64,000 bases of DNA. It comes from Thermodesulfobacteriota bacterium (GTDB taxonomy: Bacteria; Desulfobacterota_D; UBA1144; Nemesobacterales; Nemesobacteraceae). The notes beneath the pieces were generated by a model. That model did not search any database. It was not told where the DNA came from and saw nothing but the letters and a program-made list of their open reading frames with translations. Shown in pieces: positions 22,553 through 31,833 of the stretch; within the stretch, counting starts at the first letter, position 1, and every line of letters begins with the position of its first letter. A program made the position numbers and the translations under genes. The stretch spans positions 1,120,001 to 1,184,000 of the forward strand of contig OZ241855.1 in NCBI GenBank assembly GCA_965202785.1, in the 5' to 3' direction.

Positions 22553-22984
22553 TTACTCTTCAGAGATGATCTTCCTTCGGAACTCTTCCGGCATCCGCAC
22601 GGTTTTTCTCTCTTTGTAGTCAAAAAACACGAGAGAGGTTTTGACTCTGGCAACCTCTTTGCCGTTTTTTCCATTAATGAGTACGTAGATAAGCTCTAGA
22701 AAATGGTTGCCGTACTCGCCGACGCCGATGCTTATCTCCATTACGTCTCCGTAAAACGCTTCGGAACTGTAGGTGATTCCGACGTCTCCCATTATGATTC
22801 CCACTCCCTCTATATCGGCTTCGGTGTAGCCGTGTGTTGCGAGGAACCTTACACGGGCCTCGTGCGCGAGGGTTAACACCGAGTCGTGTCCGAGATGAGC
22901 ACCGTAATTTATGTCGTCTATTCTTATCGGAATTTGTGTTGAAAAGACGAATCTGCTCGGCAGGTCTATTTTTATTCTTGCCAT
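22553..22984 (-). CDS. Thioesterase (hot-dog fold) protein
   Basis: IRIDDINYGAHLGHD...HEAR. Confidence 0.85.
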   Translation of the reverse strand: MARIKIDLPSRFVFSTQIPIRIDDINYGAHLGHDSVLTLAHEARVRFLATHGYTEADIEGVGIIMGDVGITYSSEAFYGDVMEISIGVGEYGNHFLELIYVLINGKNGKEVARVKTSLVFFDYKERKTVRMPEEFRRKIISEE

Positions 22985-23116
22985 TTTCGCGGGTTTTCTA
23001 CCTGAATATATCCGTATTTGAGGGGCTATAAAAGAATTGTTTGCTTTTTAGTTTTCAGGGGTTATAGTCATGCCTCAATAATTGTTCCAACAAATTTTTC
23101 TAGGAGGCAGGATCAG

Positions 23117-23338
23117 ATGGAAGAAAGGACAGAAAAGGAGCATGTAAGTAACCACGTTGATATTGAATCCAAAAGGTTTTTCTTTGACGTCAAGGAAAAC
23201 CACAAGGGTCAGTACCTTAGGATTACCGAACTAAGCGGCGGCCGCTCAAGCATAGTTGTTCCCTTTGAAGGAATAGAGCAGTTCAGGGACAAGCTGGTCG
23301 AAACCATAAAAGAATCCCTCGAACTGGTGGAAGGCTAG
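23117..23338 (+). CDS. PUR-repeat (Pur-alpha-like) nucleic-acid-binding protein
   Basis: SKRFFFDVKEN.KGQYLRITE..GGRSSI...FRD; AGGAGG RBS before ATG 23117. Confidence 0.8.
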   Translation: MEERTEKEHVSNHVDIESKRFFFDVKENHKGQYLRITELSGGRSSIVVPFEGIEQFRDKLVETIKESLELVEG

Positions 23339-23392
23339 AGAAGTTCCCAGGAGTTTTAACCCCTCCCCATCCCGGCACAAGCTTTAAGCTCT

Positions 23393-24673
23393 CTACATGA
23401 TCGCTTTTGCTTTTATCACTCTGAGTTTTATATGATTCGGGTCGGGAAGCTTGCTTATAAATCCGACCTGAACATTCCTGAGCCACATCACCTGTTTCGG
23501 AGCCAGCACCTCTTTTATCTTGAAGCGGTTTGATCCGAAAGGGGTGTTCGAGGATTTGAAAAACTCTATTTCAAGCACTATTTTCTCGTAAGCGATGTCG
23601 CTTATGTTCTCGATGACCAGCTTGCTGAGCGTTGCGGTTGCCCCGGGGATTCCGCTTCCCCATTCAAACTCCCTTATTACTATATCGTGTTTTGGGAAGG
23701 CTTCTCTGGGTTGTTCTTCGGAAAGTTCCGTGCTCTTGTCCGCAACCGAACCGGCAGAGTCGACCGAGCTGGCCGGAGGAGAGACGCTCTCGGTTCCTTC
23801 GTCGTAAGCGCTTTCGGATTCATCCGGGGATGGTGCTTCCTGGCGCCGTTCGGCTTTTTTCTCCCCGTCTTTTTTCCTGAGTATGCTGACGGAGCTGATT
23901 TTTTTCTTTATCCTCTCCCCGAGGCTTCCCCCGCCGGAAAGAATGTAATTGAGTTCCTTTGTTGTTATCACCTCGGCTCCAGAGACGGCGATGGACCTTT
24001 CAACGGCTTTCGGACTCGAGAAACCGACGTTTATTCCCGTAAAGGTTCTTTCCTCTCCGGCGGGAAGTACGTTGTGTATAGTCACCGAGGACAGGTGAGT
24101 ACTGCCCGATCCGGTTCCGCCGTCTTTTTCCGTTAAAAGCAGCCTTATGTTCTTAAAGTGGTTTTGTCCTGTGTTCTCAAGGGTGATTTCCGTTATGAAA
24201 CCCTCCGTTCCAAAGCTCGCGCCTTCAAACTCCCAGTTTTTTATGAAAATCGCGTTCTCGGCACCTGCGGACAAAGAACTTCCCGACACCTCGGCGCCGG
24301 TTACCATCGCCTCGGAGTTCTCGAGGTCCGAGTTCATTAGCCCCAGGTCCAGATTGAAGAAGGTTTTCTGGCTTCCTGCGGGCAGTTCCTCGGGTATTTT
24401 TCCTTGAAGCGAACCCAGAAGCTTGCCGGTTCTTGTAAACAGATCAACCCTGATTTTAATGTTCTTGTAGCTGGTTTTGCCGGAGTTTGCGATGGTTATT
24501 TCTCCGAGCGTTGCCATGCGCCCCACTCCGTAGGATTTCCACGAGTAGTCCGTTACAGTAAGATCTTCCCGCGGATTTGACTGCGCATAAGCGACCTCCG
24601 CTTGCGGAGAGAGAAGAAGCGGAAAAAGCAGGAGAACAAGTGTGGCTGTAGCGACGCGGATTATGCTTTTCAT
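23393..24673 (-). CDS. Exported protein with three repeated Ig-like (FxLYD-like) domains
   Basis: Signal peptide; three repeats of the form EITxxN...KNI...LPAG...G. Confidence 0.65.
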   Translation of the reverse strand: MKSIIRVATATLVLLLFPLLLSPQAEVAYAQSNPREDLTVTDYSWKSYGVGRMATLGEITIANSGKTSYKNIKIRVDLFTRTGKLLGSLQGKIPEELPAGSQKTFFNLDLGLMNSDLENSEAMVTGAEVSGSSLSAGAENAIFIKNWEFEGASFGTEGFITEITLENTGQNHFKNIRLLLTEKDGGTGSGSTHLSSVTIHNVLPAGEERTFTGINVGFSSPKAVERSIAVSGAEVITTKELNYILSGGGSLGERIKKKISSVSILRKKDGEKKAERRQEAPSPDESESAYDEGTESVSPPASSVDSAGSVADKSTELSEEQPREAFPKHDIVIREFEWGSGIPGATATLSKLVIENISDIAYEKIVLEIEFFKSSNTPFGSNRFKIKEVLAPKQVMWLRNVQVGFISKLPDPNHIKLRVIKAKAIM

Positions 24674-24856
24674 CAGGTCTTAAAGAATGGTTTGTAGTAG
24701 TATACCGGAGAGTTTTTGTTATGGAAGTTCCGGGAGAAGGCTTTTTTGCTTGAGATATCTTCTAAAAAGGTTATAAATCTAGAGCAGCCAGCCGGCAACT
24801 AAAGATTTTCTCGGCGCGCGATTCGCCGCAACTCATGGAAACAGCGGGTTTTTTCA

Positions 24857-25195
24857 ATGGCAATTTACATATTACTCAGCAGGCTTACTCCCGAGGGCAG
24901 AAAAACCGTAAAGGAACGGCCCGGGAGAATAAAGGAAGTCGACAAGGAGCTTGAGGACATAGGCGTCAGGGTTCTCGAGCAGTATGCGACCCTTGGCAGA
25001 TACGATTTTGTAAACATAGTGGAGGCCCCCGATAACGAGACAATAGGCAAGGTTTCGGTTGACCTCTGCTCAAGGGGAACGGTCGAGCTGGTAACTCTTC
25101 CGGCGGTCTCGGTCGAATCTCTGGTTGAATCCCTTAACAGGGCTAGAGCGGAGAAGATGCCCCCACCGCCATCCGGGGAAGACAAGGATGTTTAA
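24857..25195 (+). CDS. GYD domain protein
   Basis: YATLGRYDFVNIVEAPD. Confidence 0.88.
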   Translation: MAIYILLSRLTPEGRKTVKERPGRIKEVDKELEDIGVRVLEQYATLGRYDFVNIVEAPDNETIGKVSVDLCSRGTVELVTLPAVSVESLVESLNRARAEKMPPPPSGEDKDV

Positions 25196-25346
25196 AAAAT
25201 ATTTCGGCGTAGTGGAAGAACAGTCGCGGGACGTTTTCGGGACACACCCGAAGAAAACCCTCTCGGCTTTTTCCTTTTTCTCGGTCGCCGCGGTCATTTT
25301 ACCCTTGGCCATACTCATCCTGTTCATTCTGCTCAAGTTTTTCTAA
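25188..25346 (+). CDS. Small single-TM protein (52 aa)
   Basis: ATG overlapping the GYD gene end; C-terminal hydrophobic helix; ends 7 nt before mutL. Confidence 0.5.
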   Translation: MFKKYFGVVEEQSRDVFGTHPKKTLSAFSFFSVAAVILPLAILILFILLKFF

Positions 25347-25353
25347 AGTATTA

Positions 25354-27156
25354 ATGGCCAAAATCAGAACACTTCCGGATGTACTTGTCTCTAAGATAGC
25401 TGCCGGAGAAATAGTCGAAAGACCCGCCTCCGTAGTAAAAGAACTTCTTGAAAACTCAATTGACGCTGGGGCGACCAGAATATCCATACACCTTGAAGCT
25501 GGAGGTAAACGGCTTGTAAGAGTGGTTGACAACGGCCACGGAATGTCCCGTGACGATGCTCTCATGAGCATTGAACGCCATGCTACGAGCAAAATAAGGG
25601 ATATCGAGGATCTTTTCTCGATAGAGACCCTTGGTTTTCGCGGCGAGGCGCTTCCGAGCATAGCCAGCGTTTCAAGGTTCAGAATGATAACCGTCGCCGA
25701 GGGTTCGAAATCCGGCACCGAAATCTACATTGAAGGCGGAGTAGTAAGGAAGATAAAGGAGACGGCGTCTCCGGTGGGTTCATCAATTGAGGTTAAGAAC
25801 CTGTTTTTCAACACCCCGCCGCGGCTTAAGTTTCTTAGGAAGCCGGAGACCGAGTTTGGCAGGGTTCTTGAGGTTATCCAGCGCGAAGCTCTTTCACGAC
25901 CCGGAGTGTCTTTTGAGGTTTCCTCAGATGGAAGAACCATCCATCGCTACGGCGCAAGCGAGTCGCTTGCCCAACGCGTAACACAGATAATTCCCGGCAC
26001 GTCGCTTTACCCTGTGGACTTTGAAGACGAGACGCTGGCACTGCACGGCTTCCTGGGAAGTCCTCTGGACCCACGCTCCTCGATGCGCAGGCTCTTTACT
26101 TACGTAAATGCAAGACCCGTAAGGGACCGTTTTATAAACAGGGTTATAATGGAATGTTACGGAAGGATGGTTGAAAAGGGGAAATATCCCCAAGGGGCGG
26201 TCTTTATTGAAAGAGATCCCGCCTTGGTGGACGTGAACGTACATCCGACCAAAAGCGAGGTGATGTTCGAGAACCGGTACAAGGTTGGCCAGAGCATCCG
26301 CCGCGCGATAGGCGGCATGCTTGCCGATGCACCCTGGATGAAGGGTTACAGGGAAAGAACCCAGAAGGCTCTTGAAGATTTCTACGAGAAGCAAAAAGAT
26401 CCCGGACTTTCTGAGAACAGGGGTTACTCCACAAAAGGGCCTTCACCAGAAGCAGCTTCCACCCAGGCCGCCCACAAGACTGAGTCGGGGTCTCTACGCC
26501 CTAACAACGGTGACTCCTCTATATCTGAGAAATCTCCAGAGGCCGCAGGAGAGGATATGTTCTCCGAAGGCTTTTATTCAAACCTCAGGTTCCTCGGACA
26601 GGTAGGAAAGCTTTATCTTGTATGCGAGGATCCGGACGGCATCATTCTTATTGATCAGCACGCGGCCCATGAGCGGGTTAACTTCGAGAGGATAAGAAAA
26701 TCCTATCTCCAAGAAGCTTTTTCCTGCTCCCAGAAACTTCTCATCCCCGAAGTCGTCGAACTTACGGTCCGGGAAATCAATGCGGCGCAGCAGTTTGCAG
26801 ACGAAATGGAGAAACTCGGCTTTGATTTCGAAGTTTTCGGGGAAAACGCGGTGAGAGTGAAATCCGTCCCGGGGTTTTTAAGGGACTCCGATTACGCCCG
26901 GGTTTTTGGCGACCTGTTTGATGAGCTTGATGGTCTGGGCGACCCCAAGAGTTTGGAGCAGCATCTTGATGCCGTGTGCGCGACCATGGCGTGCCACAGT
27001 TCAATAACCGCGAACCGAACGCTCTCGGAGCAGGAAGCGCGGACTCTTTTTGCGGATATGGATGCTTCTCAGAATCCGCACGCCTGCCCTCACGGCCGAC
27101 CGGTTGCGACCCGGATATCGTACAATATGCTTGAAAAGATGTTTAAGAGAACTTGA
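25354..27156 (+). CDS. mutL: DNA mismatch repair endonuclease MutL
   Basis: IAAGEIVERPASVVKELLENS, GFRGEAL, DQHAAHER, CPHGRP. Confidence 0.98.
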   Translation: MAKIRTLPDVLVSKIAAGEIVERPASVVKELLENSIDAGATRISIHLEAGGKRLVRVVDNGHGMSRDDALMSIERHATSKIRDIEDLFSIETLGFRGEALPSIASVSRFRMITVAEGSKSGTEIYIEGGVVRKIKETASPVGSSIEVKNLFFNTPPRLKFLRKPETEFGRVLEVIQREALSRPGVSFEVSSDGRTIHRYGASESLAQRVTQIIPGTSLYPVDFEDETLALHGFLGSPLDPRSSMRRLFTYVNARPVRDRFINRVIMECYGRMVEKGKYPQGAVFIERDPALVDVNVHPTKSEVMFENRYKVGQSIRRAIGGMLADAPWMKGYRERTQKALEDFYEKQKDPGLSENRGYSTKGPSPEAASTQAAHKTESGSLRPNNGDSSISEKSPEAAGEDMFSEGFYSNLRFLGQVGKLYLVCEDPDGIILIDQHAAHERVNFERIRKSYLQEAFSCSQKLLIPEVVELTVREINAAQQFADEMEKLGFDFEVFGENAVRVKSVPGFLRDSDYARVFGDLFDELDGLGDPKSLEQHLDAVCATMACHSSITANRTLSEQEARTLFADMDASQNPHACPHGRPVATRISYNMLEKMFKRT

Positions 27157-27243
27157 TTCTCGGGGTTGATACATGGTGACGGCAAGCAAGAATTTCCAAG
27201 AAAAATTACTTTTTACAATTCATAAAGGAGGATCGAATCCGAA

Positions 27244-27813
27244 ATGGCTGTTGTTGACACGAGTGGTTTTCACAAGGGCATGAAGATTGAGACTGAAGGG
27301 GCGATCTGGGAGATAGTTGAGTACAAGCATTCAAAGATGGCGCAGAGAAGCCCGATAGTTACGGCGAGGCTTAAGAATATCGCCACGGGAGCCGTGCGGG
27401 AAATGAAATTCCGCGCGGGAGACACGTTTAATGTTCCCGATATCCAGAAAAGAACCATGCAGTATCTCTACAGGGACGATGAAATGTTTTACTTCATGGA
27501 TTCCGAGACTTTTGACCAGTTCCCCTTCAGGGCGGATGCAATAGGGGATGCGACGAAGTTTCTCAAGGAACAGCAGGAAGTCACGGTGCAGATGCATGAA
27601 GGAGAACTCATAGGGGTGGAGCTTCCCACAGCCGTTGTTTTCGAGGTTACCCACACGGAACCTGGAGTGAAGGGAGATACAGTTTCAAGCACCACGAAAC
27701 CGGCGACTATAGAAACCGGAGCGGTGGTGGCCGTCCCTCTTTTTATCAACATCGGGGACATGATAAAAGTTGATACGAGAAACGGGAACTACCTCGAAAG
27801 GGCGAAATCCTGA
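27244..27813 (+). CDS. efp: Elongation factor P
   Basis: MQYLY, PGVKGDT, KPATIETG, VPLFI, KVDTR.G.YLER. Confidence 0.96.
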   Translation: MAVVDTSGFHKGMKIETEGAIWEIVEYKHSKMAQRSPIVTARLKNIATGAVREMKFRAGDTFNVPDIQKRTMQYLYRDDEMFYFMDSETFDQFPFRADAIGDATKFLKEQQEVTVQMHEGELIGVELPTAVVFEVTHTEPGVKGDTVSSTTKPATIETGAVVAVPLFINIGDMIKVDTRNGNYLERAKS

Positions 27814-27938
27814 GTTAACCCGATTCTTCTATGAAAAATGACTAGTTGGTTAAACCGACTCATAATAAGTCGGTTAAGGTCGGAGACCCTGTCGATTTTT
27901 CCCCGCAAAATGGTAAGTCAGCTTGTGTTTTTGGTAAG

Positions 27939-30900
27939 TTACTTAGTCCCTCTCCGCAACTGATCTGATACTGGGGTAAAACTCCTGGTTTTATGAAAAT
28001 TCTGAGGTAAGAAGCTTTCTACCCCTTGACCTATATGCGCATCCTTTAAAGAGCGTCTTTTAATCAAGAGGGCCCCAAGCAACGCGAACGCCGCGATAAG
28101 CAGTCCGAACGCTCCTCCGCCCGGATCTCCTCCGACGGCGCAGCCTCCTCCGCCGCTGTCACTTCGCTCCGGCTGTTCTTCAACCCTATAGCCGGAACCC
28201 ACTATGTACAGGATGTCTCCATCATCCGAAAGAATCCGCACGGCGTAACCCATTATGAGCAAGGAATCCTCCGTGTATTCTTCGGGTCCATCCACCGCGA
28301 CAAGCCTGTAGCCGGTCTCTGTGTGTTCCTTCTCCCTGTCCCCTCCGTCGAATATCACTCTTCCCATCTCATCCATGATGTAGATGTAGACGTCCCCCTC
28401 TCTCCACGGCTCCATCCTCAGTATCCCCCGCAGCTGCGCGGGGTCCGTATCATCCCCGATGGCTTGCTCAATAAACATTTTGGCCGACCCGACAAAACCC
28501 TTCAGTTCTTCGTCGGTATCCACATCCCCGGCTTCGGGAGTAGGAACTCCGATATTCGGGTCCCCAGGGAAATCACTGCCCCCGGGAGACTCGTCGAAGC
28601 CTCCAAGCAGTATGAACTCTTTCTCTCCATGCGTCAGGGGAAAATGGGAAGAGGTGAACGGATGCGCGTAACCGCTTCTCTCTCCGTCGTACTCAATGAA
28701 GCATCCCTCCGTCTCAAGCACGGACCCCCCTCCTTCACATCTGAGAGCGGACCAGTTGAGGTCTTCTTTCGTCCTGTCTTCGGCGTGGAAGTACACCCCT
28801 CCTTGTCCGGTGAGAAGCACGAGGTAGGTTTCGCCGTCATTCCATCTCTCCTCCCTGAAATCCTCAAGGAGCGAAAGGGTGCCCGCGAAGCCCTCCTTGC
28901 CGGCGATTTCCCCCGCGGCGCACTCAACCACGAATTCCATGAGACTGTCATCGTCATTTTCGCTCACGTCGGAAACCGAACACATCTCTTCCTGCGTTTC
29001 TTCTTCCGGTTCCTGCGGAGCCGACCCGCCGCCTCCGCCACCGCCGCCTCCCGGCCCAGGTCCGGTCGGGCCCGTCGGCTCGTCTTCGTCATCGTCGTCG
29101 GTCACCGTCACCGTCACCACGTCCTCTCCTACCGAAGTGTTGTAATCGTTGTCAGCCGAGAGGACCGTCATCTGGATGGTCGTCATGCGCTCATCGCCGG
29201 GGTTGTCTTCGTCGTCGTTCACACCCCTCACCGTCACCGTCTGCGGTATGTTCCAGTTGCCGGTCGTGAACATAACCTCCCTGATGTTCGTCGGCGGGGT
29301 CGTGCCGTCGAGCGTCACGACCGTCCGGTCGGAGGAGGTGATGTGGAGCCTAACGTCGGCGCTCGGCTGCGTTTTCAGAACAACATTGAACGTCCCCGTG
29401 CCGCCGGCCTCCGCCACCGTCAAAACCATGGGCGTTACCGTGATCCCGGCTGTCGCCACTTGCCCCGTCCCCGTGCCCCGGACGGCGAAGTTATAGGGGT
29501 TCTCGTTCGAGTCGTTGTTATCGATCAAGACCGTGGCCTGCCGCCCCCCTGACCCCGACGGGTCGAATTTCAGGGTGGTCATCCTTAAACATCGTCGAGC
29601 CGCCCGCCGCCACTGACGAAGCGGGCGACATGGTCACCGTGAAATCAGCCGCGTGCGGGCCGCTCACCGATATCCTCGTCAGCGACAGTGCCGCGAGCCC
29701 CGTGTTGCGGATCGTGAAGGTCCGCGTCAGCATGCCGCCTGCCGCCGCCAACGACCCGAAGTTGGTGCCGTCGGCAGTACTCGGAGAAATGTCTTCGTCG
29801 GGGATGCTCATATTCTTGCCCAGGACGTCAATCTCCGGGACGCCCGTGCCCGTGCCCTTGACCGCGAAGGTGTACGGGGTGCGGCTGCCCGTGGTCGCGC
29901 TGGTGGAGCTGTCGAGCCCGTTGTGCGCGATCGACAGCGTGGCCCTGCGCTCCCCCGTCGCCGACGGCTGGAACCGCACCGTGAACCGCCTCAATCCGCT
30001 GGCACTTACCGTCGCCCCCGCCGGCTGCCGCGTTACCGTGAAGTCTCCCGCGTGCCGGCCGCTCACCGCCACCCGGGGATTCCCCGTCAGCCCCAGACTA
30101 TCGCTCCCCGCGTTGAAGATCGTGAAGGTCCGCGTCGTAAAGCTGCCCGGCACCCCGATCGAGCCGAAGTCGGTGTGGTCGGTGTGAGTCGGCGTCGTGT
30201 CGTCGTGCGCGATCCTCCTGTTGTTGCCCTGCAACTCGATTCGCCGGTGCGTCCCTGTGCCCTTGATGGTGAAGTTGTAGGGGTTCTCGTTCGGGTCGTT
30301 GTTCGCGATCGACAGTGTGGCGGCGTGCAGCCCTCGCCTCGACGGGTTGAACCTCACCACGGCCCTCGTAACGCCGCCGGGTTCCACCGTCGCGTCCGGC
30401 TGGGTGATCACCGTGAAGTCTCCCGAGTCCGTGCCGCTCACAGCCACCCGGGGGTTCCCCGTCAGCTCCAGCGTATCCCTCCCCGTGTTGTGGATCAGGT
30501 ACAGCCCTGTGGCATAGCCCGTGCTCGCCTGCCAATCCGCTTCTCCGATGTCCGTGTTGTCGGCGCGCCTCGGCGTCGTGTCGCCGTCTTCGATGCCTAC
30601 GTTGTTGAACTCGACGTACATTTCAGGGGCTGTTCGGCTGATGCGGATTCTTATTGCATTTGAGGACCCGGTCCATTGTGTGTCTGCATTGCTGAGGGAG
30701 GTACGAAGTCCGTCTGCAATGCTCCATCCCGTTATCGCGCCCGCGTCGTGCCCGTTGGAGTTTGTAACAGCCGCGTTGCCGCAGCTGACAATACCGCTGG
30801 AGGTGTTGCAGTCAAGAACCAGGTAATAGACCGTGTTGGCGGTAAGCTGCGTATTATCGGGCGCCGTGAAGCGAAGCGTCGTCGCGGCCGTCGAACTCGG

Positions 30901-31388
30901 TCTCTCCGGTAGGGTCAGGTCGGCCACCTTGGCTCCCGGATTGCTCCCGCTTGCGGAGTGAAGCGTTACCGTCAATAAGTTATAGTTTTCGCGATTTATC
31001 CTAGCGAACGCGACCTCGATGCTATCGAGGGTGTAGCCCCCGCCCGCGCCCCCGGTCGTGAAACCCTGAGCTATGGCCGTAAGGTCCACGTTAGTGTTAC
31101 CAGACGCATTCTGATTGATGTTGCTTATCATTACCTGGCGGGCGGAGGCGGCGCCCGGAACCGCGACGAGAGCGGCTATCGCCAGCATGAGGGCGGCCAG
31201 GACGCGGACATGCCGCCCGGCAAAACTATGAAAGCGGGACGGGGGACCCGGGCGGCCGTCCTGCTCCCCGGGCGCCGGCCGTCTCCAGGCCGGAAAACTC
31301 CTTAACCCTGCCGCGAGAAAGGAGAGGAGCCACCAAACCCTCATACCCCCCCCCCCATTTTGCTCATGGAGATATCTGCAAGTTTCAT
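27939..31388 (-). pseudogene. Large modular surface protein split into ORFs 29518-31344 and 27939-29582 (choice-of-anchor R/D-like Ig domains, Calx-beta-like domain, Cache-like repeats, GGC-TM-basic sorting tail)
   Basis: The third Ig repeat continues across the frame change near 29580; G11 tract at 31346-31356; C-terminal GGGGCAV...hydrophobic...KRR. Confidence 0.8.
31346..31356 (-). repeat. G11 homopolymer in the 5' coding region of the surface-protein gene
   Basis: 11 C on + strand; frame from ATG 31388 reads MKLADISMSKMGGGV-stop. Confidence 0.85.
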
Positions 31389-31768
31389 GGTTTAAGCCCC
31401 CTGTTTTTCAGATGATTTAAGTGTAGCGACAAATAGTCGGTACTATATTATTATGTTCGGACCGGTCGTTGTCAATATAAAAGGTCGCGTCATGACGGCT
31501 GACGCGGAAACCGGAACATCCGCCGATGAATTCAGGCATAGAAAAAATCTATGATGCCTCCGGGGGTGGTTGTCCCGGATGACGGGCAATCCTGTCTCAC
31601 GCTTTAGAGGTAACGATATGTAAGTGAATGTGAAGGGGAAAAAGAAAGCCGGAATGGCATTGAAACGGAGAGGATGGGCTTGAGACGACAACAAAAAAAG
31701 GAGCAGGAAAATTCTGCATGGCAAAAACAGTCCGGATTCAGATTTTACAGATGCCCGGAGTTAAGCAT

Positions 31769-31805
31769 GAGAAGCGAGAGCTGCCTGGAAAGGGCAAAAT
31801 CTTGA
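31769..31805 (+). repeat. Degenerate direct repeat of the efp 3' end (27777-27813)
   Basis: 30/37 nt identical, ungapped; still encodes LERAKS-stop. Confidence 0.85.
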
Positions 31806-31833
31806 ATGAAGGCTGTCTGGCGTTAATCGCGGC

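Noticed and set aside
28323-30663. Long + strand ORFs (409 aa and 336 aa) opposite the surface-protein gene, and similar antisense ORFs over thiC, carB and alaS
   Set aside because: Shadow ORFs from codon bias; no motifs, and they overlap well-supported genes
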